From Takakia lepidozioides (taxonomy: Eukaryota; Plantae; Bryophyta): 64,000 bases of DNA. Below, piece by piece: positions 25,570 to 36,896 of this stretch. Position numbers and translations under genes: made by a program. Every line of letters starts with the position of its first letter. Positions within the stretch are counted from its first letter, which is position 1. The stretch covers positions 24,552,001 through 24,616,000 of the forward strand of contig CM060732.1 of the NCBI GenBank assembly GCA_030704615.1, given 5' to 3'. A model generated the notes under the pieces. That model did no database searches. It had not been told where the DNA came from and saw only the letters and a list, made by a program, of their open reading frames with translations.

Positions 25570-27503
25570 ATGACGAGGCGTCGTTTGATGGAGAACACAG
25601 GGCCACGGCAGCCGGTGAACGCGGAGACTGCAACACAAGAGCAGACCGAGAATGAGGCTGCAGCTGTCACACAACCAGAGGGAATAGTGAGCGTTGGAAA
25701 CCAGAGTGTGGAAATAGAGATGATTCGCAAGGAAACTGAAGGAGGTGGAAGTCCGGGGAACGCAGAACCGAGAGAAGGTCTACAAACCCTAGACCAGACA
25801 GGAATTCCGACAGATGTGAAGGGGAAGAGGAAAGCTGCAGAAGGGGATCCAAACTCAAAACCGAAGAAAGCGCCAGTAAGTGTTCTCCACCCTTCCATTT
25901 CCTGTTTACAGATGTACGAGGTGAGTGAGTGAAATGTCCTAGAAAGTGATGGTTGGTACCGACCATCACTATGAAGTCATGTTGATTTGCTTTGTATTCC
26001 TCTGTTTCAGGTTTTTCATACCAGTTGTTTGTGACTGGCGGTACCGCCATTCACTGTTCTTCATATCATAGAGTCAATCTGATTGCCTTTCCAGTAGTCT
26101 TTCTCTTTCTTTCTGTAGCAGGAACTTGTGATTGTCGGCAACATCATTCTCTTTCATTTCAAAACTCACATTCTGATACAAAAATAAGTGAGTGTCGGTG
26201 CCGACAGTAACTATGATCTAGTATTGACTTGCACCAAACGCAATGTTTTCCATTCTAGTGTAGTGTAAGTGTCGTTAACGCCATTCGATTCTCCTCGTGA
26301 GCATCTTGTACCTGCATGCGTGGAGAGAGAGTGATGGTCGGCACCGACCCTCAATCATATTGTTTTGCATTGCATTTTCTCTGTTTCAGGTTGAACAGAC
26401 TAGGGAAGAGGAATGGCGGTACCGCTAATCACTTTTCTTGAGACCATACTGTAGCTTCATGTCTAAAAACAGTTGCAAGGTAAATTCCAAAGGGATAAGA
26501 AATAGTAATTGTCTTTAACGACCATCACAATGGAGTCTCTCTGATTAACGTCAATCGCATTCCTTTGAAAACATAGACTTCTTGCATTTCAGACAAAGTG
26601 CATTCCACTCACTTTCTATTACAAACTAAAGTGAGTGTTGGTGCCGCCAATCACTATGAGATATATTTCTTTGCACCAGACCGATCTTGTCAGTCTTTCG
26701 AGTGTAACGTTTTTTTGTCGTTAATGCCGTTTGCTAATGCTCAAAACCTTTCTGTACCTGCTTGCCCAGAAATAGAGTGATGGTCGGTACCGACCATCAC
26801 TATGCAGTCATAGTGTTTTGGTTTGCATTCATCTGTATCAGCTTTGTTAGTGTAGATGGTTGTGATTGTCGGTGCCGCCATTCACTGTGATTTGAGACAA
26901 GACAGACTGATGGTCGGTACCGACATTCACTATTTGCACATAACTGAGTGTCTGATTGGCATGGCATCGTGCAGAAAACTGTGAAGTCCAAGCTGATAGG
27001 AACAGAGGCAAAAGGTTCTGGAGATGGGGACGAGTCTGCCAAGAGCTCGAAGAATAGCCATGAAACAGATGAACCTGAAGTGCACTACCTTGACAAAGTG
27101 AAAGAACTCATGTCATTCCAGAAGGTAAAACTCTCAGGAGGTTATTAGGGACATGCTCGTCTCTGGAGGGCGTCTTGACATCCCACTATGCCGGATGATA
27201 TCTATGCTTGTTGTGCGTCCACCTCTTTCCCATGACATTACAAAATTGGAAACTGATTTCGTGCATGGATATAGACTTGGTGCACAAGTTTTTTATGTGT
27301 CACTGACGGATACAAATGGGAAAAGCACATTAGTGTCTCCTAAGATCACCGATATTTGGGATGAGTGCTGGAAAGATGTTAATGAGGAGTTTGAGCTGGG
27401 CCTCATGATGGGAAGAAACATCCAGCAATTCTGCAACCACATGTTCTACGTCTGGGACGGCAACCACGGATTGCTGGCATGGATGGGATACATTCAGAAA
27501 CAT
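25570..27503 (+). pseudogene. ParB-MTase gene family A, copy 2 (exon 1, intron 1, ParB exon; 3'-truncated)
   Basis: Inverted homolog of ~32010-33990 (homology extends upstream to ~25250). MTRRRLMENT..; GGRLDIPLCRM..WDGNHGLLAW. Frameshift at ~27126. Confidence 0.88.
25946..26930. repeat. Intronic array of ~12 palindromic 24-mers, consensus GTGAWKG(T/G)C-N6-G(A/C)CMWTCAC (family-A motif)
   Basis: Starts at 25946, 26031, 26128, 26188, 26265, 26331, 26409, 26505, 26631, 26777, 26862 and 26907. Perfect 26-bp palindrome AGTGATGGTCGGTACCGACCATCACT at 26776-26801. Confidence 0.9.
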
Positions 27504-29943
27504 CGTTTGTGAGATGGATTCATACGTATTGCAATTTAAATGGTAGTTGATTCTTTGATTATTTTTCTTTCCAAAGGAACAACTACGGTGGAGGAAGGGG
27601 ATTCAACGTTTTCCAAAGAGGATGAAACAGAATAGTAAAAGAACATAGTTCAGTCTGACTCAGAGTCAGTACAATGTATCCCCACTTCCTCTGCATCTAA
27701 GTCTAAGTATTTAAGAACTCCGGATCTATGCTGGCTACACCTACGGCCGGCCAGTAAAAATTCAGGGGATAGGGACTCGGCCGCGTGAAGTGCCATTGCT
27801 TCAGCATAACCAGGAAGCAGAAAATTGGAAAGGGGGCTGTCAAAAACAGAATGACTGTATGTCCTAAAGATCCACCGCTGCTTTTCCTGAAAGACAGCCT
27901 GAAAAAATTATTACTGTAACTTTGATGTTATTGAGAAATTGAGTATGACCTCCAAAGTGGGTTTAGCACTTACTCACATGAAAAGTCGTTTTCGACCTGC
28001 TTATCTTCGGGATCGTCATCATTTTGGATTTGAATCCGATCAGTCTGTGTGCCTGAAGTGGAGCCAGACAAAAGGGGGAGGAGCACTGTGTTGTAGAGGT
28101 CAGAATCACCCTCCATGCCAAAAAGGCTTCTTCCGCCTGCCTTGCATGCATGGTAAGTTGCTCCTGCACCAGACATGAGGACATGAACAGTTTGGTAGGG
28201 GGGATTTAAGCAAATGGAACTGGTGAAAGAAAATCAATTCGGAAGGGAGAGAACGAACCTGTGGACACAAAAAGATCGACCACCCGTGCAGAGTGGTGGC
28301 TGCATGATGAACGTTGGGGATTTTTCCTTTGCACTTCTCCAGGGAGTGCCATCTGGTCTCTTCAGGGTCTGACTGGACTGCATGAAGTTGTACAAAATGT
28401 CATCGACATGCGGCTCATAGGGGGGGTTGACGAAACAACCCTGGTCAGAAATCTCAAAGTTGCGGATGGAGGATGGTGTCTTGGAGATGCGAATCCTCCG
28501 CAGGCAAATCGCCTCGAACATCCTCATCTGCCAAAGATAACAGGTTAGTGTGGTAAACACAATCTATAGTGGAAGTGTGTACATAGGCTATTCAAAACTC
28601 AGGCACAAAACAATCATTTTTATCACGAATCGGTGATGATCGGTGTCGATCATGACAGATTCTACTAGAGTGGAGCTGCAGAGAACATTGAAACTCATCA
28701 CGAAAGCACAAGCAGAAGGGAGACGGCATACCAGCTGACCAGGGAAACCCCCTTTCACAAGGTAGAGGCTGTTCACACAATTCCATGTGCGCAAAACTTC
28801 AAACCCTGAAGACTTGAGGTATGATGCCAATGCCCGACGACTACCATTGTCACATGACTGAAAAAGCAGAAGTGTCCCTGCATTAGAGAGGAAATTATTA
28901 CAGAACCCGAACACCCAACTCCAGTAGTTGTCCTCGAATTTGTTCCAGCCTGGCGTCTTGCCCTTTGGAAGAACTTCTGGCACAGCCTGGCCATCCGGGA
29001 TGTCGAGAATGACAATGTCAGCCGCATATGTTTTCTGCACACCGCACACGAAGGTGGGACCTGTGCTCACCTGCAACAAACATGTTTTTTATAAGAATGA
29101 TGGCAAGAATGTTTTCAAAGAACCAGACTGAAATACTGCCAATGAAACTTTCAGAGAAAAAGGAAAGAAACTGGAATTCTCACCAGATTGAGGAATGAGA
29201 TTATGTTGTCCCAGGTAGGCGAAGGCACCCTAGTGTATTCTCTCTTTCGACTCTACATCATCGACAGCCAACCCTCATTGACAATTTTAATCTCTCCTGC
29301 CGAATCAGAACGGGAAGGGTATGGCTTGGCATCGAACACGCACTGAACTGTGCGGGTATATCTTCCAGCAGTGAAGTCCTGCCCACTCTCCATCTCCTTT
29401 TCTTTCTCCTTCCCCTTGTCCTTTTCCTTCTCTTTGGATTTGTCTTTGTCCTTTGGCTTTGTTGGTGACATGGCTATGACAGCAAGAGCCTTGTCTTTTG
29501 GTTTGCGGCCCGCCTTCTTTCCCTTCTGCGGCATTCCCTGAGCATCAGGCTCCTTTCCAGCCAATGTTGCTATGTTTCTTTGGTACTCTTCGTCAGTCAG
29601 AGGCTCCAGCATCTCAGCATTATTGTTCAAATATTTCATATGCTGTTCTTGAAAGGTCGTGTGCTCCGGTGGGCAGTCAAGGTACCACCCACAGTCTCTG
29701 AAGTGAGAAGGACTCCAGTCCTTCAATATCCCTGCAGTATACATGGTTGGATCGTTTGCAGGGTCCGACCACATGTCAAGATAGTCTGGAATACCGCTCA
29801 GGTGATTTCCTTCCATAAGCACATATTTCGTGTACCTGTTAAACAGAAGATAAATCCCAACCCACCAAAGCGCGAAGTGAGTAAGATACAAGTACCACAG
29901 AATGAAAAAAACATAGAATGAAATGGCTCTGAGAATTGCTCCT

Positions 29944-30710
29944 AGGACCTTTTAGGACCACACGACTGCTCCGGATGTGAATGTTGTCAACGCCATTCAA
30001 AACATTCCATTCAATGATACTGTAAATACACCCTAATCCACGTGAATGCAAACTCTCGCTTTGGATTGACACAGACATAGAAGTGAATGTCGTCAATGAC
30101 ATTCACTTTGGATTTGTGAATACACTGCTAATCAAGCCTAATGATTTCTCATAAAAGACAAAATCATTTGATGGAAAACAGAAAGTCGACTAAGGAACCC
30201 TCCCCAAAAACTGGTTTCCAATTGACATTCATAACGAACATAACACTGAGGACCTCATAATAACACTGGATGTGAATGGCGTCAACGCCATTCACAAAAT
30301 TACCAACAAGGAACCATTTAATTAGCTCCCAATCCATATAAATTCAAATTGTCGCTGGTGAATGACACAGACATTTCACTCCGGATCTCTGATAACACAG
30401 CTAATCAAGCCTCAAGATTTCTCACAAGAGGCAAAAGCAATGCAGAACAACTTATTGTCTGCATTGACATTCAGCAAACTGAAGTGAGGAACCCTCACTG
30501 TAAACTCTATGGACATTACAAAAACTTACATAACTCTGAGGACCTCTCAACAACTCTGGATGTGAATGTCGTCAACGCCATTCAGGGACATTATCAATTC
30601 TAATCAGGGACACTATAATTACCCCCTAAGCTCCTAATCCAGGTGAATTCAAATTCTCGCTTAAGAATGACTCAGACAAATAAGTGAATGTCGTCAACAA
30701 CATTCAATTT
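29944..30710. repeat. Intronic ~295-bp tandem units, each carrying family-A palindromes
   Basis: Units start near 29944, 30250 and 30540 (aggacc...ggatgtgaatg). Palindromes at 29977, 30083, 30272, 30562 and 30684, e.g. gtgaatggcgtcaacgccattcac. Confidence 0.85.
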
Positions 30711-32577
30711 GGATCTATGATTACAATCCTTATGAAGCCAAATTATTTCCCAAAAATGCAGTAGGGTTTCCAGTATAATAGTGCACCAATACACAACTCG
30801 CATCATGGCCCACTCTCCTCCAACCTGACTGTCAAAGTCGTTGGACCGTAAAATGTTACCATCTTTGGAGAACTCCCGGAAAAAACAGTATCTCCAGGTG
30901 AGACCTCTCCACTTCCTTATGTATGCCTCCAATGACATTTGGGGAGGGGAAACAATCGAAATGTTCAAGTCCTTCAAAGTCTGTTCCAGCACAATGACGG
31001 CGCGCTTTTTGAGCTGCAAGTTGTATATTTGTCAGTATTGCAAATAAGGTACTCATCACATAATTGAAGAAAAGAAAACGGCTTATTTGAATACACACCT
31101 GACTCCAAAATGTAGCCTTGTGGAGCCAGTTATCAAACACCAAATCACTGATTCCTTCCACCTTTGTGCCAGGCTGTATGGTGCTCTTTGGGAACTGATT
31201 CAAGTCCTTTACTGTCTGATCCGAGTTCCATATCTCCAGCCACCTTATTTTTGTTTGTGGGTCGACCATGGATATGGCCAACCGGTGCAATTTCTCCTGC
31301 TGCATCTCCGGATGCACATGCTTGTCATAGTGAGATTTGATTTGCTGAAGGAACTCAAAACCAAGTCCAGGATCTACTATTCTAAGCTGCTTTCCGAAGG
31401 CGGACATCAATTTGGTTCTTCGCATTTCAAACTCCTTCTTTATTGCCGCTTCCACACCCTTTGATGTCCTTAGTTCCTCTGGTGTAGTGCGGTAATATTC
31501 GGATTTTCCCTTCTCAGCTGCCTCTGCCAGTTCTTGCTGCATTGATTCAAATAGTGATTAGCACCGAAGGGACTACAAACATGTATTCGAAAAGTAAACT
31601 GAGTACAGACTCGGGCTTACCGTATACATGTACTCCAGAAACGCCTCTCGAGTCAAAGAATACCAAGTGCCTGCAGCTCTTCTTGTTTCGCACTTCTTGA
31701 TTATATTGGGTGGGAGTACTGTCCGAAAATCATCCAGCTTCATCAGACCAATCCTCTGAATTCGGAATAGTGTGTGGACCAAGTTGTTGTCACATGCGAT
31801 TTCTCTGTCGATCTGCAAAAACATTGCAAACATTGCACTCCTTAACTCTGTTTTTTGGGGATTAACAAGACACTACAGCGGGAATGAAATCTCTAGGATG
31901 ACTTACTTGTTCACGTCGTGCATAGCTGTAAGAAGCCTAGCGATGTCGTTTCCAGGATCCAAAACCATTGCCTCTACAGCAACATGCTTGTCTTTGTCTT
32001 TCGCATGGTGTTTCTGGATGTATCCCATCCATGCCAGCAATCGGTGGTTGCCGTCCCAGACGTAGAACATGTGGTTGCAGAATTGTTGGGTGTTCTTTCC
32101 CATCATGAGGCCCAGCTCGAACTCCTCATTGGCATCTTTCCAGCACTCATCCCAGTTATCACTGATCTCTGGAGACACTAATGTGCTTTTCCCATTTATA
32201 TCCGTTAGTGACACATAAAAAACTTGAGCACCAAGTCTGTATCCATGCACAAAATCACTCTCCAATTTTTGTATGTCATGGGAAAGAGGTGGACGCACAA
32301 CAGGCATAGATATCATCCGGCACAGAGGGATGTCCAGACGCCCTCCAGATACGAGCATGTCCCTTATAACCTCCTAAGAGTTTACCTTCTGGAATGACAT
32401 GAGTTCTTTCACCTTGTCAAGGTAGTGCACTTCAGATTCATCTGCTTCATCTGTATTCTCTGAGCTTTTTCCAGACTCCTCCCCATCTCCAGATCCTTTC
32501 CCCTCTGATCCTGTAGGCTTGGACCTCACAGTTTTCTGCACGATGCCATTCAAATCTGACTGAATAATTTGCAAATA

Positions 32578-33310
32578 GTGAACGGCGGTAATGACCATCA
32601 CTCTGTCTCGAAGAAACTCACAATGAATGGTGTGAAACAAATTCAGAACCATCTACACAAGCAAAGCTGATCCTGCCGAATTCAAAACAAAAGCGAGAGC
32701 GATAGTGAACGGCGTTAACGACAATCACAAAAGATAAGGACCTGCCGGATCGGTGTTGTGTAATGACATATATGTGTAAGTGATTGGCGGCAACGACATT
32801 CAATATAGTTTAGGGCGGCCAGTAAGTGCAGATTATTGAGATTGACTCCATTGTGATTACCGTTGCAAGCATTCACGGTTTCCTGTCTATGTCGAGAGTA
32901 CTTTCCAATCCATACTCTACCTGAATCTACAGTATGGTCTTCAAATCTTTGATTGGCGGTACCGCCTTTCCACTTCTCTATCTGTTCAACCTCATACAAA
33001 GAAAATGCATTGCAATACATTATGATTGAATATGCCGGCCCTCACTCTCTCTTCAAACACATAGGTACATAAATCTCATGAGGAGAATCGAATGGCGTTA
33101 ACGACGCTCGCAATTCAGCAGACTTCAATCATATGTTCCTGCTTAAGAAGGGAAGATGAAGGACTGCTTGAAAGGGACAGACTGTTTGATCTCAACAACG
33201 GTGATTGACGGTACTGTCAGTCACCCACTCATTGTGGGGTAAACCCTTAACAGAGGAGTAGAAAGCAAATCACCGTTGTTTCGTGGTGATGGTCGGTAGC
33301 GACAATCCCT
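32578..33310. repeat. Family-A palindrome array in intron 1 of copy 1
   Basis: Copies at 32578, 32705, 32780, 32949, 33088, 33201 and 33286, e.g. gtgattgacggtactgtcagtcac. Confidence 0.82.
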
Positions 33311-34540
33311 TTCTGGGACATTCAACTCAATCTCTACGCAGATCTTCAACAATGAAATGTAAGTTACAGAAAACTTACTGGCGCCTTCTTAGGTTTTGAA
33401 ATTGGATCCCCTTCTGCAGCTTTCCTCTTCCCTCTCACATCTGCTGGAATTTATGTCTGCTCTAGGGTTTCTGGACCTTCTCCCGGTTCAGCGTTCCTCG
33501 TGCTTCCACCTCCTTCAGTTTCCGTGCGAGACATCTCTGCATCCACAGGCTGGTTTCCAACGCGCACTGTTATCGCCGACTGTGTCACAACCGCTGCCTC
33601 AGTCTCGGTCTGCTCTTGTGAATCAGTCTCCACGTTCACCTGCTGCCTTGGCCCTGTGTTCTCCAACAAACGACGCCTCGTCATTTGCTCTCTTGCTCTG
33701 CGTCTCTCTCTAAGGGAAGTAAAATAAAGAGACTTTCTTCTCTTTCGTATTGTAGAAGGAACCCTCTCCAGCTTGACTACCACTCTCCCTCTAAGCACGA
33801 AAAGTTGAAAAACGAAGTGACTCCCGATTTCTTGCGGGATTGCGTTCGTTGTTGCTTGTCTCTAGAAGCATCGGATTCCCTCTCGCGTGACCGTTACACA
33901 TAGTCGTTCCCTTATTAGTGCACATGCCAGCAATTAGTGTACAGCTGTTCGAATTCAGTTATCGATGTCTGGCGTGTGTCGTCCAAAATAAACGGCGTGT
34001 TCTTTATTAGAACGGTTTCAATATTTAAAAATAACAGCGAATCCCAGAAATCTTGGCGCACAATCTTAGACAAATATATGTAAATGAACGAGAGTTTGAT
34101 GATAAATTTTGGGATATCATACACGGTCATCCTTGTTAGCCAACCCCACGTTCGTTTCACATTTTGAACTTTCCAGGTGCGCATGATCATTGGTAGTAGT
34201 ATAAAGATGCATTTACTTAATCTGCAATCCCACCTTCAGACCCTGTGGCATGCTTCCAGGAAGTCGGCTTGTTATTGTGTTTGTTAATGAGGTTCTGATT
34301 AACGGTTTAACAGCTGCCGACATTGCTCCTAGGGATACTCTGACCACTGGGCCCACAACAAAAGTAATTAAAATGGACGGCTACATATCTGGAAAGAATA
34401 ACAGAATATGCACAGTCGTCGTCTGAGCTTCCTCCGCCATATTCTCTGCTCATTCTTCAACTGTGTTATGGAGACATCAGTAAACCGATTTACATTGAAG
34501 GTTTGCGATAGCAAGGTATCAACGTACGCGAGGAAGGAAG

Positions 34541-36056
34541 ATGGCTTCCTCTGAAGCGGAGTTCTTCTCTGACGACAAACCAGTGCCGTTCTCCCAGGAA
34601 GTCCTTGACAATGGATTTGCAATTGTTCTGGAACATGTCTTGGCTACCCGTTTTCAGCTTCAGAATGGCTCCATCTTTTTGGAGAAAGAGGTGTACGATC
34701 TGAAAGGGAAGTTGTTGAAATACTCTTTCCAAAACTGTGATGAGACGGCTCATATCAGCCAGTGGAGAGTGCGCCCAAGTCGATACAGAGTACTTGGAGA
34801 GCCTCGGCGAAAGTCCGTTGGGTCATATGTGACGCCCGGGACTGCTGCTTCGGTCGTTGAAGACAAGAGGGAGGTGGTGGTGAAAAAAGAACAGACGTCC
34901 TCCACTCCAATCGTTGAGCTTTCGGATTCGTCCGATGATGACATAAGTGAAATTCCAAATCCAGTCCTTCCTACTGTGGTTGGAGAAGCTGATGAAGAAG
35001 AGATTTGTAGTGTCATTCCAAAATTACGGGCGATGGGAGGAATGGTTGGATTCAAAAGTGAATTGCGAGGAATTGATTGGGAATCTTTGAAGCAGGTGCC
35101 TGTGAAGTTCTTGCCAGAGACTTTTGATGGCGATATCCTATTCAAGCTGCCTCCTCCTTCGCGAGTTGGAGGTGTAACAATCATGATGCATGGAATGGAC
35201 AAGAAACACGACGGGCACCCGTGGTGCAGAACAAAAACAACCAATATTCAGAATGATGACAAGCTTGTTTTCAGGAGAACAGTTTGCAATGGACACCTTA
35301 GGTGTGATAATTTGAATTGCAGACACTTTCTTCAGTCTGGGGTTCATAATCAAAGCGAATGGGAGGGTCTGGCGGAAAATCCATTTCAGCCTGGGACTGC
35401 CCCTCCACCGGCAAACACTTTCGTCTGCAAATTCTGCAAACTTGTGCCATCCTGCTTGGCGCTCTGCGGAGCAAGAATGTACTATGTTGTCCACCGTTTG
35501 AAAACAATGACAAGAGCTTGTGTGCATTTCGGATTCCATAACCATCCTGTCTCGAAGGGGGATTACAGGGAGAGTGTTGAGACAATATCGAGGTTGATTA
35601 AACAGGAGTTTGGGAGAAACCCATCCACAACAACATCTGCAATTGCTCTTGGGGCAAGCAAGTCCTTCTTGGAAAGCCATATTTTGAGTGGAGGGGATTC
35701 TATGGGGACTAAACTTGACGGTGCAGCATTGGACCTGGTCATGGATCATTTCTCCACTTTGAGTTCACCTAACATTCGGCATCAGATCAATGCATTAAGA
35801 ATGGGCTCTGGTTCAGAGGCTACATAGACAACATTTTGGAGTTGAAATGAGTGAGCAAGTACGATTACATCCAGGACAATGTATTCCCAGGTCAAGGTGC
35901 CATCAAAGTTTTTCTTTTCAAAATGTCGACTGTTGGGGAGGGCAGTGGGGTTAGCCTCGTGAAGCGGATGCAGAAGATTGGGGACTTGCAGAACTGTTTT
36001 CTTATGTTTGATCATGTGAAACGAGTGAAGGATTGGACGACAATGGCTTGTCATGT
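34541..36056 (+). pseudogene. Mutator-like transposase, family A, 5' half (WRKY/GCM1-like domain + first catalytic Asp), divergent from the ParB-MTase gene
   Basis: 428-aa ORF with MDKKHDGHPWCRTKTTN, CNGHLRC, CKFC..CGARMYY..HFGFHNHP. After a frameshift it continues FLFKMSTVGEGSGV..LMFDHVKRVKDWTTMACHV. Truncated at ~36056. Confidence 0.87.
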
Positions 36057-36084
36057 CAAGATCCAGTGTAAGTCCCCTCTACTC

Positions 36085-36495
36085 ATGACTGGATGGATGA
36101 ATGTAACGATAGATGGATGGATTTTGGGTTTTCCATCAATACATCCATCCATTCATTTGTTTTTCCATTTTTTGGCCATTTTAATTTCATCCATTCATCC
36201 AAAATGAATCTTTAAATGAGTTTCACTGTCAGTTCATCCAATAGTTGCCAGCAAGGCGTTTGTGTATCATTCGTTCAGATAATATAGTTGTTTTGTTTCA
36301 CTAACCTTAACCAGTAGTCGATTAGTTTACTGTTAATCTGTTGGGTCAGTGAAACAGTAGTTAAATATTTTTACTACTTATTATCCTCATACTTAACACT
36401 GCGACCTAGTAACCCTAAATTCGAGCACATCATCCTAGTTCATTCATCCTAATTCATCCTAATCATTCATTCATCCATTCATTCCTTCATTCACA
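36085..36495. repeat. Low-complexity ATGG/ATGA (CATC/CATT) repeats, similar to 39540-39860
   Basis: ggatggatgaatg and catccatccattcatt tracts. Confidence 0.6.
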
Positions 36496-36499
36496 GGGT

Positions 36500-36896
36500 G
36501 TGGCTTAGTGCCTGCGAACAATTATATGTTGACACGTCGTCATTTGCAATCACATCCTGCATCTGTTTCATCCATTTATGTTCGCATCATCCACGTAGAC
36601 ACTCCTTGGGCAACCGACAATCGCCACGTGTAGTTGTGAATACTAGCAGTTATACATTCCCATGCCTACGTCATCATGTTGCAGTTTTGGCCATGACTCC
36701 TAGTCGTATCTACCATCTTTCCCGATCTGGTCAAACGTGTTTGACTGCAGATCCTGACGTGGCGGAGGTGCAAGGTGACATATACGACTTCTGGTGGTCA
36801 CAATTGGCAACCAGGACTGCCCCCTTGCATTTTGTAGACATATATGCTACGACTGGGCAAATGTGACAGATGTTAAAGCCGGGATCTGTTGTAGTG
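36500..36896 (-). mobile_element. CACTA element terminus 2
   Basis: The plus strand ends gccgggatctgttgtagtg (CACTACAACAGATCCCGGC on minus), matching the terminus at 19269. Followed by TSD TCC (36897-36899). Inner boundary approximate. Confidence 0.8.

Larger units (their letters stand above)
27650..33684 (-). pseudogene. Near full-length multi-exon gene: acidic N-terminus, ParB/Srx-like domain, helical region, Lys-rich linker, beta-class N6A/N4C DNA methyltransferase-like domain (family A, copy 1)
   Basis: About 10 GT-AG exons (approx. 33684-33379, 32535-31907, 31812-31621, 31537-31099, 31014-30800, 29836-29184, 29071-28732, 28527-28259, 28164-27975, 27898-27650). DGNHR at ~32041-32055. MTase blocks in beta order: ADIVILDIPDG, FLSNAGTLLLF, GFEVLRTW, EKSPTF, VVDLFVSTG|ATYHACKAGGRSLFGMEGD. 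Stops at 33451, 32374 and 29253. Confidence 0.82.

Noticed and set aside
25946-26930. True CRISPR array
   Set aside because: The repeats are degenerate, spacing is irregular, the array lies in a spliceosomal intron, and there are no cas genes.
27650-33684. Bacterial or phage contamination explaining the ParB-MTase gene
   Set aside because: The gene has many GT-AG introns, exists in multiple diverged copies and is nested with plant LTR retrotransposons.
34750-35749. Long antisense ORFs over the transposase (likewise over SKI2, PPR and the 440-aa gene)
   Set aside because: These are shadow frames of real coding sequence on the opposite strand.
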